The notes beneath the pieces were generated by a model that ran no database searches, was not told the DNA's origin, and was given only the letters and a program-made list of their open reading frames with translations. Made by a program: the position numbers and the translations under genes. DNA of 64,000 bases from Anaeromyxobacter sp. (GTDB lineage Bacteria > Myxococcota > Myxococcia > Myxococcales > Anaeromyxobacteraceae): positions 486 through 64,485 of the forward strand of contig DASWEI010000098.1 of the NCBI GenBank assembly GCA_036394835.1, written 5' to 3'. Shown here in pieces: positions 26,451 to 35,161 of this stretch; position 1 is the first letter of the stretch; each line of letters opens with the position of its first letter.

Positions 26451-27413
26451 ATGGCTGCGAGTGAAGCGCGCTCGGAGATGCCCCACAGGGCGCTCGGCAG
26501 CACCGGGGAGCGGGTCTCCGCGATCGGCCTCGGCGGGTGGCACCTCGGATTCGAGCACCTCGATGAAGCGCTGAGCCTCCGGATCGTTCGCACCGCGATC
26601 GATCGCGGGATCGACTTCATGGACAACAGCTGGGACTACAACGACGGCGCCAGCGAGATCCGCATGGGCAAGGCGCTCCGCGACGGCTACCGGCGCAAGG
26701 TCGTGCTGATGACCAAGATCGACGGGCGCTCGAAGGCGGAGGCCGCGAAGCAGCTCGACGAGTCCCTGCGGCGGCTCCAGACCGACTGCATCGACGTCGT
26801 CCAGCACCACGAGGTCCTCCGCTACGAGGACCCGCACCGCATCTTCGACGAAGAGGGCGCGAACGCCGCGCTCGTCGAGGCGCGGCAGGCCGGGAAGCTC
26901 CGCTACATCGGCTTCACCGGGCACAAGGACCCCCGGGTCCATCTGCACATGCTGGAGGTCGCGAGGGAGCACGGGTTCACCTTCGACACCGTGCAGATGC
27001 CCCTGAACGTCATGGACGCGCACTACCGCTCCTTCGAGCGGATGGTCCTCCCCGAGCTCGTGAAGCAGGACATCGGCGTGCTCGGGATGAAGAGCATGGC
27101 GAACGGCATCATCCTCAAGTCCGGGACCGTGAGCGCGATCGAGTGCCTGCACTACGCGCTCAACCTGCCGACGTCGGTGGTCATCACGGGCGTCGACAGC
27201 ATCGAGATCCTCGACCAGGCGCTGGAGGCGGCGCGCACCTTCCGGCCCATGACGCCGGCGGAGGTGGGCGCGCTGCTGGCGAGGACGGCGACGGCCGCTT
27301 CGCGCGGCGAGTTCGAGCCGTTCAAGACCACGTCGATCTTCGATGCCACCGCCACGCATCCCGAGTGGCTCGGCGAAGAGCCGGAGCGGGTCCAGCAGCT
27401 GATGCCGCAGTAG
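26451..27413 (+). CDS. Aldo/keto reductase
   Basis: LGSTGERVSAIGLGG, D.SWDY, SEIRMGKAL, SLRRLQTD, GKLRYIGFTGH. Confidence 0.92.
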   Translation: MAASEARSEMPHRALGSTGERVSAIGLGGWHLGFEHLDEALSLRIVRTAIDRGIDFMDNSWDYNDGASEIRMGKALRDGYRRKVVLMTKIDGRSKAEAAKQLDESLRRLQTDCIDVVQHHEVLRYEDPHRIFDEEGANAALVEARQAGKLRYIGFTGHKDPRVHLHMLEVAREHGFTFDTVQMPLNVMDAHYRSFERMVLPELVKQDIGVLGMKSMANGIILKSGTVSAIECLHYALNLPTSVVITGVDSIEILDQALEAARTFRPMTPAEVGALLARTATAASRGEFEPFKTTSIFDATATHPEWLGEEPERVQQLMPQ

Positions 27414-27436
27414 CTCGCGGCGTGGGATCGGGCACT

Positions 27437-29020
27437 TCAGTGTGCTCCTGCGCCGGCCGAGCCCGGCTCGTTTCTCTTTGCCAGGAGGAGAATGAGCGGC
27501 ACGAACACCGCGCAGACGATGGCCAGGTCGCGGATGATGCTCACGTACGACAGGAGTACTGCCTGCTGCTGAACCGTCGCGTAAAGGACGCCGTAGGCGC
27601 GCCGCAGGGCCTGGGCCGGTCCCGCGCCGGAGAAGGCCCGCTGCAGATGCGAGAGCCGTTCCTGGAAATACGGGCTCGAACCCGTGACGTGGCCGACGAG
27701 GAGGGTCTGGAACGTCTGCGAGCGGCGCGCGAGCATCGTGGTGAGGAAGGCGATGCCCACGCTGCCACCGATGTTGCGGGCGAGGTTCATCATCCCGGAG
27801 ACCTGATTGTTCTGCTCCCGCGGAATTCCGATGTACGAGACGGTATTGATCGGGATGAACAGGAACGCGAGGGGCACCGCCTGGTAGACGCGATACATGG
27901 CTACGGTGTGCGCGTCGATGGCGAGATTGATGCTCGCCATGTGAAACAGCGCCAGCGCCATCCCGGCGAAGGCGGGCGCGATGAGATACTTGGCCGGCAC
28001 GCGTGAGACGAGAAAGCCCACCACGGGCATCATTGCCATCGTGGCGAGGCCGCCCATGCTCAGCACCTCGCCCGCAGTCTGGGCGCTGTACCCCATGAGC
28101 GTCTGCAGGAACAGCGGGATGAGCACCGTCGTCCCGTAGAGGACGGCGCCCAGCGTGAACATGAGCGCGACGCTCGTCGCGAAGTTCCGATTCCGGAACA
28201 GCCGGATGTTCACGATGGGATTGGGATGGGCCGCCTCCCACACGAGCATCCCCAGCATGCAGATGACCATGGCCATCGTGAACCCGACGATCATCGGGGA
28301 CGAGAACCAGTCGTCCTCCTGGCCCTTGTCGAGGATGACCTGAAGGCTCCCGAAGGCGACCGCGACGAGCCCCAGGCCCAACCAGTCCACCGCGACACGC
28401 TTCGAGCGTTCCTTCTCCTCGCGCAGCCACGGCGGGTCCTCGACCATGACCGAGCTCAGCAGCAGCGAGACGAGTCCCACCGGGACGTTGATGTAGAAGA
28501 TCCATCGCCAGCTCGTGTGATCGACGATGTAGCCACCGAGCGTCGGGCCGATGGCAGGAGCGAGCACCACCGCCAGCCCGTACATCGCGAACGCCATGCC
28601 GCGCTGAGCGGGCGGGAAGGTGTCGGCGAGGATCGCCTGCTCGCTCGGGGCGAGTCCGCCGCCGCCGATTCCCTGCAGGACCCGGAAGAAGACGAGCGCG
28701 GACAGGGAAGGCGCGAATCCGCACAGGAAGCTGCTCAAGGTGAAGAGCACGACGCAGCTCATGTAGAACCGCTTGCGCCCTGCCCGACTCGAGATCCATG
28801 CGCTGATGGGCAGCACCACGGCGTTCGAGACCAGGTACGAGGTGAGGACCCAGGTCGCCTCGTCCCGGCTCGCGGAGAGTCCACCGGCGATGTGCGGCAG
28901 CGCGACGTTCGCGATCGCGGTGTCCAGCACCTCCATGAACGTGGCGAGGGTGACGGTGAACGCGACCGCCCATGGATTGTGGCGGGGCCTCCAGCTCGCA
29001 TGCTCATCGGGCCCAGCCAT
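27437..29020 (-). CDS. DHA2-family MFS efflux permease (EmrB-like)
   Basis: FMEVLDTAIANVALP, WVLTSYL, FRVLQGIGGG, APAIGPTLGG, WRWIFYINVPVG; alternative start 29053. Confidence 0.93.
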   Translation of the reverse strand: MAGPDEHASWRPRHNPWAVAFTVTLATFMEVLDTAIANVALPHIAGGLSASRDEATWVLTSYLVSNAVVLPISAWISSRAGRKRFYMSCVVLFTLSSFLCGFAPSLSALVFFRVLQGIGGGGLAPSEQAILADTFPPAQRGMAFAMYGLAVVLAPAIGPTLGGYIVDHTSWRWIFYINVPVGLVSLLLSSVMVEDPPWLREEKERSKRVAVDWLGLGLVAVAFGSLQVILDKGQEDDWFSSPMIVGFTMAMVICMLGMLVWEAAHPNPIVNIRLFRNRNFATSVALMFTLGAVLYGTTVLIPLFLQTLMGYSAQTAGEVLSMGGLATMAMMPVVGFLVSRVPAKYLIAPAFAGMALALFHMASINLAIDAHTVAMYRVYQAVPLAFLFIPINTVSYIGIPREQNNQVSGMMNLARNIGGSVGIAFLTTMLARRSQTFQTLLVGHVTGSSPYFQERLSHLQRAFSGAGPAQALRRAYGVLYATVQQQAVLLSYVSIIRDLAIVCAVFVPLILLLAKRNEPGSAGAGAH

Positions 29021-29027
29021 CGAGGCG

Positions 29028-30287
29028 TCACTCTCGGACGTGGATCGTGACATTCACGGACTGTCCTGCCCGGAGCGTCATCCCGGCGGGCACGCCATCG
29101 AGCGCGATGCGCACCGGGATGCGCTGAGCGACCTTCACGAAGTTGCCGCTGGCGTTGTCGGGGGGAAGGAGCGAGAAGCGCGCGCCGGTCCCTCCAGACA
29201 GGCTCTCCACCGTTCCACGAAGGGTCCGCCCGTAGGTGTCCACGTCTACGTCGGCCCTCTGGCCGACATGCATCTTCGCGACCTGCGTCTCCTTGAAGTT
29301 CGCGGTCACGTACTTCTTCTCTGGTACGAACTGGGCCACGTTCTGTCCGACCGCCACGAATGCGGCCGGGTGGGCGGTGATCCCGCTCACGACGCCGTCG
29401 TCCGGAGCGACGATCCGGGTCCACTCGAGGTTGAGCCTCGCCAGCGTCAGCCCCGCCTCCGCGCTCCGCAAGCGCGCGTGCTGGTACGCCGCGTTCGCCC
29501 GGGAGGCCGCGATGTTCGCGTCCACAGGCCGGGAGGCGGCAACGCGCCCCTTCGACTCACCGACCTGCGCCTCGGCTCGGCGGAGCTGCTCGTCCGCTGC
29601 TTCCACGCTGGCCTGCGCCGCCTCCTTTCCCGCTTTCGCCGAGTCGTACTGCGCCTGGATCTGATCGAGCTGCTGCTGCGCGATGGCGCCGCCTCTCCGC
29701 AGCTCACGCGCGCGCCGCAGGTTGACCTCCGCGAGCTTCAGCTCGGCGTCGCGGCTGACGAGAGTGGCGCGGGCTTGCTCCAGCTGAGCGCGCGCGCTGG
29801 CCACGGATCGGGTGGAACCGAGCAGGTTCGACTCCGCCTGCGTGAGGGAACCGCGGGCGGCCGCTTCGGCCACCGCCATCTGCGAGTCGGCCGCGTCCGC
29901 CAGGGCGCGTGCGCTCTCCACCTCGGCCGATGCCTGGGCCAGGCGGACCTGATAATCGCGGTCGTCCAGCTGGAGGATGAGGTCACCGTTCTTCACCGCC
30001 TGACTCTCGACGATCGCGACGGCGGCCACCTGCCCTGCCACGCGGGGAGCGAGCGCCACCACGTCAGCGTCGATCTGCGCGTCGTCGGTGCCCTCCTTCC
30101 CCGCGTTGGCGAGGAGGTAGACGACGCCGCCGAGGACCACGACCGCGGCGATGCCGACGACGATCAAGAGCGGACGGCGCTTCTTCCAGGGCGGCGTCCG
30201 GGCCGGTTTACTGGAATGGTCGCCGTGCTCGGCGGTGGAGGGCTGAGCCTCACCCCGTGACGGCCTGGCGGCGGGAGCATCAGCCAT
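29028..30287 (-). CDS. HlyD/EmrA-family membrane fusion protein
   Basis: TDDAQID, coiled-coil, APDDGVV, ANFKETQ, FSLLPPDNASGNFVKVAQRIPVRI. Confidence 0.93.
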   Translation of the reverse strand: MADAPAARPSRGEAQPSTAEHGDHSSKPARTPPWKKRRPLLIVVGIAAVVVLGGVVYLLANAGKEGTDDAQIDADVVALAPRVAGQVAAVAIVESQAVKNGDLILQLDDRDYQVRLAQASAEVESARALADAADSQMAVAEAAARGSLTQAESNLLGSTRSVASARAQLEQARATLVSRDAELKLAEVNLRRARELRRGGAIAQQQLDQIQAQYDSAKAGKEAAQASVEAADEQLRRAEAQVGESKGRVAASRPVDANIAASRANAAYQHARLRSAEAGLTLARLNLEWTRIVAPDDGVVSGITAHPAAFVAVGQNVAQFVPEKKYVTANFKETQVAKMHVGQRADVDVDTYGRTLRGTVESLSGGTGARFSLLPPDNASGNFVKVAQRIPVRIALDGVPAGMTLRAGQSVNVTIHVRE

Positions 30288-30610
30288 TCGGTCCCTCCAC
30301 GCCAACGTGGCGCCCTCGGGGTGGCCGTTGCGCCGGGCGCCCGTGGAGCTCACGACCGATCGACGACGAACGCATCAGCGCCCAGGTAACGTAGGGGCGG
30401 AATGCACCCGCGTCACATGGTGCGAAAGAGGGGATGACGGCCGACGCGACGCAGCTCGACCGCACGTACGCGCGCGGCTCGGACCCCGCCGAGCGCGTGG
30501 TCAGCGCTCCTGCGAGACGTGCGCGGACCTCGCCGTGGAATGAGCTGTCTCGCGGTGGCGGATCACGGCACGCGGGCTCGAGGATCGGATCCGGTCATGC
30601 GTCTGGTACC

Positions 30611-32260
30611 ATGCGAAACATGTCGATATCCGCGAACGTCGACTCTCCGGCGCCTGCCTGGAAAGGCTGGACCGAGCTCGTTCTCGCCATCATCCCCGTG
30701 GCAGCGTTCGGCGCCGCCGCGGTGTTCCTCGAAGCGAAGGGGCCGTTCTGGCTCGGTATCAACAGCGATCCGGACTATTGCTATTTGCTGAATGCCCTCA
30801 GCGTCGCCCGTGGAATACCACCCGGTCACGTGGATCATCCTGGAACGCTCGTCCACGTGATCGGAGCGATCGTCGTCCGTGCGACTCACGGGATCATCGG
30901 GGAGCGTGACCTCGTCGCGGACGTGGTGCGGCGTCCGGAGCTCTACCTCCGCGCAATCCAATACGTGCTGTTCGCGCTCTATGCGTCCGGTCTATACCTC
31001 GTCGGCCGCGTCGCTCATGCGGCGTTGAGGCGGCTGGACTCCGCCGTCCTGGCCCAGGCGTCGCCCTTCCTCTCGACGATAGTCCTGCCGCACGTCGCCT
31101 GCGTGAAGCCGGAGCCGGTCCTCGCGACGATTTCGGCTCTCATGGGCGCTGCTGCCGTCGCCGTGGTCCGTCGCGCAGAACGTGGCAGATCGTCTGGTGT
31201 CGCCGTCGCGATGGGGGTCTTGTCCGGCGCTGCGCTTGCGACGAAGATCAACGGCGCACCGCTCCTGCTCGTGCCCCTGATCGTCCTCCGCGGGTGGGCT
31301 TCGCGCGGCATCTTCGCGGCGACAGCCGCGTTCGCGGCTGCGCTCTTCACCATCCCTGCGTGGCCGCTCTTCCATCAGTTCCTCTCGTTTCTCCGGAACT
31401 CCTTCGGGAACGGGCCGCGTGGGCACATCGATCTCGCATCGTACCCCGCCGTCGTTCTGGACTTGCTGCGAGGCGAGCCCGTGATGGCCGCGGGGTTGCT
31501 CGTCGGAGTGGGGGCGATGATCGCGGTTCGTCGCGGGGGTGAGGCACCGGACGGGGCGCGTACTTCGACCTTCCGGCGAGCGCTCGTCGCGATGATCGCA
31601 GCACAGGTGGCGTGCGTGCTCCTCGTGGCGAAGCATCCGAGCGATCAATTCCTCGCACCGGGCCACCATTATCTCATCCCGGCCCTGGGTCTCACGGGAG
31701 CCGTTCTCGCACTTTCATGGACGCTGCTCGCGCAGCGGTTCGCAACCGCGGGGCGGGCCATGCTCGTCACCGCAGTGGCGGCCGCGCTCGCCGTGGGCGT
31801 CGCCCAGGCGGCGGCGTTCAGGTCGGTTCACCGGTACATCGAGGACCAGCGCGACGCTCAGGTCGAGATTGCCGCATTCACCAAGAGCCAGTTCCCGGCA
31901 AGACGCGTCTTGTACTACTATCGCAGCTCCAGCCCGTCGTTCGCGCTGCACTTTGGCAACGCGTTTGCCGGATGGAGGTACGGGAAAGACATCGGGGAGG
32001 CGTGGCCCGAATCCGCGTATTACAATAGGTACACGGGGGAGATCGAGCTATACAGGCCCGTCAACGGGGAACGGGGAGCGAGCCCCACGACGGTTCAGCT
32101 CGATGCCGAGCCGCTCGTGATCCAAGGGACGCCACTCACGTTTGAGCAGGCTGTCGCGATCCCGTTCGGGATGCCCACCAGAATCAAGGGCAACGATCAG
32201 GAGGCTGTCTACGAGATTCGTGAGCACGCGCGTGCGACGCGCGGAGCGCTGATCTGGTGA
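30611..32260 (+). CDS. Multi-TM membrane protein, GT-C / ArnT-like glycosyltransferase
   Basis: N-terminal TM, then DPDY.Y..., DHPG motif, KPE, ALATK, many TMs and a C-terminal periplasmic domain; start uncertain (30611 or 30620). Confidence 0.6.
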   Translation: MRNMSISANVDSPAPAWKGWTELVLAIIPVAAFGAAAVFLEAKGPFWLGINSDPDYCYLLNALSVARGIPPGHVDHPGTLVHVIGAIVVRATHGIIGERDLVADVVRRPELYLRAIQYVLFALYASGLYLVGRVAHAALRRLDSAVLAQASPFLSTIVLPHVACVKPEPVLATISALMGAAAVAVVRRAERGRSSGVAVAMGVLSGAALATKINGAPLLLVPLIVLRGWASRGIFAATAAFAAALFTIPAWPLFHQFLSFLRNSFGNGPRGHIDLASYPAVVLDLLRGEPVMAAGLLVGVGAMIAVRRGGEAPDGARTSTFRRALVAMIAAQVACVLLVAKHPSDQFLAPGHHYLIPALGLTGAVLALSWTLLAQRFATAGRAMLVTAVAAALAVGVAQAAAFRSVHRYIEDQRDAQVEIAAFTKSQFPARRVLYYYRSSSPSFALHFGNAFAGWRYGKDIGEAWPESAYYNRYTGEIELYRPVNGERGASPTTVQLDAEPLVIQGTPLTFEQAVAIPFGMPTRIKGNDQEAVYEIREHARATRGALIW

Positions 32261-32853
32261 GCTGAAACATCCGCTCAGCTGAGGTGAGGCCGGTCCCTGT
32301 TCATCGATGCCGACGGGCCGTGCGTCTCCTGCAGAGAAGGACGAGCCGGCGCGAGAGGACCTCTCGAGGATCGCAGGGCGCCCACGCGCTCAACATGCGC
32401 GGCGTCGACGCGGCCTTCATCGAGCGGCTCCGGAGACGCTCGAGTACCACCTGAAGCACGTGGACACGATGTTCAGATCAAGCGGCGCAGCCACGCCGTC
32501 GGCGCGTTCCGGATCCGGCGAGTGCGCTGCGCCTCGTCACCGGCATGATGTGACCGGATCTGGGCGGAGCGCCGCCACCTCGACATGTCCCTGCTGGAAA
32601 AGGGCCAGTCCCGCGCCGGCGGCGGCATGATCGGGGGCGAGAAGCGCTACGGGGCTGTTCAGCATCACGGGAGCCAACGGGTGAGTACGATCTACGCAGT
32701 CCTGAACCCTGAGCGCTGAACGACACGTCGGTCACGGGGAGGACGCGGACGGGGACGTCGACGGCGGCTGACGCGAGTGCTCGGAGCGCGCCGGGAGCAC
32801 GGCGGGCGCTCTCATGGCCCGGGACCGGCCGGGACGCCCGCGCCTCGGTGCGA

Positions 32854-33141
32854 CGCATCGCCGAGCACGACGAAGCCTTCCGGCACGCGGCCTCGTCTGC
32901 TGGGACATCGTCAGCCCTATCGGCCGGCGTGTCTTCCAGGCGCCGAACTGGTGCCAGGCGACGCGCGACGCGACCTCGGGTGCGTGTGCGCGCCTTGCGG
33001 CACCGCCTTGCGGACCTCCGGGCCCTGCGGGAGCGGATCCCGCTCTAGGATGGTGACGCGCGCGAAGTGGTCGGAGAGCACGCGCGCAGCGAGCAGGCCC
33101 GCCATGCTCGCGCCGACTACGATGGCGTGATCGCGTTCCAT
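32854..33141 (-). pseudogene. Decayed FAD-dependent monooxygenase/oxidoreductase
   Basis: Collinear fragments in different frames: MERDHAIVVGASMAGLLAARVL...QGAHTH / RVAWHQFGAWK...QQTRP / VPEGFVVLGDA, compressed into about 290 bp. Confidence 0.75.
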
Positions 33142-33143
33142 GA

Positions 33144-34076
33144 TCAGCCTCCGTGGCCGGGCGGCGAGGGCTCGTGCCCGAGGGTAGGCTCGCCAGCGCG
33201 CGTAGCGGCCGCGGCCGTGGCGACCTGCTCGCGCAGGAACGGGATCACGGCCGCCGCGACGGCGCCCGGATCGTCCACGAACGGCCAGTGGCCGCTTCCC
33301 TCGAGGACGACCACGCGCGCGTCCGGGAAGACCTCGCGCTGGCGCTCCGCGTAGGCGCGCCTGATGTATGGATCGTGCGCCCCCCAGACCACGAGCGCGG
33401 GCCGGCGCAGCGATCGCAGCGGCGCGGCGAGCACGTCGAGGTCCCGCAGGTCCGTCGCGCGGTACAGGCGCAGCACGGCGCGGCGCGTGCGGTGGTCGAA
33501 GTCGTCGTACATCCGGTCCACGAACGCGCGAGGGAGGCCCCGCGGGTTCCCATGCCGCAGGAGCAGCCGGGTTGCCGCCCGGCTCGCGGTCGCCATGAAG
33601 AGCTCGCCGAGGAGCGGCGTGCGCCAGATCCGTGCGAGGTAGTGCCAGCGGTAGCCCGGGACGAGCCCGGTGTCGATCAGCGTCGCGCTCCGAAACGCGT
33701 CCGGGTGCGCCGCCGCCCAGAGGAGGCCCCACGGGCCGCCGAAGTCGTGGAGCACGAGGTGCGCGCGGTGGATCCCGAGGCCGTCGAGCGCGCCGGCGAG
33801 GTGGCGCGCGTACCCGGCGACCGTGTACTCGAACCGCTTCGGCCGGTCCGCCTTGCCGAACGCGGGCATGTCCAGCGCCACCACGCGCGTGAACGTTGAG
33901 GCGGCGCCCGCGAGCTCGACCCAGTCCCGCGACGATCCCGGGTTTCCGTGGACGAACACCACGGCCTCCTCGGCGTGGTGTGGGCCGCCCTCGAGGAGCG
34001 GCGAGCGCACTCCGTCGACCCGGACCTCGCCGGGCCGGAGCAGCCCGGCCTCGCCGGGCGGGAGAACCGTGGCCAT
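33144..34076 (-). CDS. Alpha/beta fold hydrolase (epoxide hydrolase / dehalogenase-like)
   Basis: VFVHGNPGSS, DMPAFGKAD, LHDFGG nucleophile elbow, WGAHDP, SGHWP. Confidence 0.9.
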   Translation of the reverse strand: MATVLPPGEAGLLRPGEVRVDGVRSPLLEGGPHHAEEAVVFVHGNPGSSRDWVELAGAASTFTRVVALDMPAFGKADRPKRFEYTVAGYARHLAGALDGLGIHRAHLVLHDFGGPWGLLWAAAHPDAFRSATLIDTGLVPGYRWHYLARIWRTPLLGELFMATASRAATRLLLRHGNPRGLPRAFVDRMYDDFDHRTRRAVLRLYRATDLRDLDVLAAPLRSLRRPALVVWGAHDPYIRRAYAERQREVFPDARVVVLEGSGHWPFVDDPGAVAAAVIPFLREQVATAAAATRAGEPTLGHEPSPPGHGG

Positions 34077-34262
34077 CGCGCAGACCCTCCACTGAAAGCG
34101 AAGGTGGCTCCGTGAACCCGTGGGGTGCAGCGTTCATCTGGGGCGCCGAGTTCGGGGGGACGCACGGGATGGCGGGCGCGTGGGATGGGAAGGCTCGGTC
34201 GGGCTGCTGGCCGGGCGAGGCGCGCAGGGCGAGAGGGGACGCAGGAGGCGTGGCCGCCCGGG

Positions 34263-34676
34263 TCATTCTCCGTCGACGACGATCTCGGCAGGAGAGGCCT
34301 CGAACCTTCCCTCGAGGGCGAGCTGCGCGGCTGCCTCTCCGCCTCTCGCGACGATTCGCAGGAGCTGAGCGTCCCGGGCCTCCTCTTCCCGCACGAGATG
34401 GTCGACCTCGCCCTGCGCGCGGTACGCGCGGCGCCATCCGACGGTTCCCCAGAGGCAGAGCCCGATCGACAGCGCGCTGCACGCAACGAGCAGCGTGGAG
34501 AAAGGTCGGCGCGAACGCGGGGTCGCGCCGACCTCGGCGTGCAGGTCACGATTGCGGAGCAATTGGCAGTCGAACGTGAAGGAAGCTGGGCTCCTGCGCA
34601 AGTGCCGTCCGGGAGCGCGCGGCTCCGGGCGCCAGGTAGGAGGGCGCCTTCTCTCCGGCCACTTGAAACCTCGCAC
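34263..34676 (-). CDS. Hypothetical small membrane-anchored protein (start uncertain)
   Basis: One TM segment (LLVACSALSIGLCLWGTVGW) followed by a helical tail; N-terminal part of the ORF doubtful. Confidence 0.35.
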   Translation of the reverse strand: MRGFKWPERRRPPTWRPEPRAPGRHLRRSPASFTFDCQLLRNRDLHAEVGATPRSRRPFSTLLVACSALSIGLCLWGTVGWRRAYRAQGEVDHLVREEEARDAQLLRIVARGGEAAAQLALEGRFEASPAEIVVDGE

Positions 34677-34708
34677 TGGCGTCCGGCTCTCATCGCGAGG
34701 AGGCCGAG

Positions 34709-35095
34709 ATGGGACTGCTGACCAGGCTGTTCGGGCCGCGCGTGGCGCGTGTGCAACCGGTGCACCTCGACGATGCGAACTTCGTCTCCGAGGTGCTCCG
34801 GTCCGAGCTGCCCGTCGTCGTCGACGTGTGGGGACCGGGATGCGCGCCCTGCCGGATGCTCGAGCCGATCGTGATGGACCTCGCGGCGGCGTACGTGGGA
34901 TCCGTGAAGGTCGCCGAGCTGAACGCCTCGGAGGCGATCCGGACGGCGGCCCGGTTCGGAGTGATGGGTACGCCGACGGTGCTCTTCTTCAAGCGCGGCA
35001 AGGAGGTGGAGCGCGTCGTCGGGTTCGTCGGTGAGCGCTACCTGCGCGACGTGATCGACGCGGAGCTGCTCGGCACCGCTGCCACCGCCCGCTGA
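34709..35095 (+). CDS. Thioredoxin family protein
   Basis: VVVDVWGPGCAPC, cis-Pro GTPT, FKRGKEV; GGAGG RBS. Confidence 0.9.
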   Translation: MGLLTRLFGPRVARVQPVHLDDANFVSEVLRSELPVVVDVWGPGCAPCRMLEPIVMDLAAAYVGSVKVAELNASEAIRTAARFGVMGTPTVLFFKRGKEVERVVGFVGERYLRDVIDAELLGTAATAR

Positions 35096-35161
35096 CTCCA
35101 TCGCCGGGCACGGCATGTCCGAGCAGCGAAGCGCCGTCATCGGAGAAGTGAGGATCGCAAC

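Noticed and set aside
32260-32280. AGCTGA...TCAGCT inverted repeat as a terminator
   Set aside because: Only a 6-bp stem with a 9-nt loop and no U-tract
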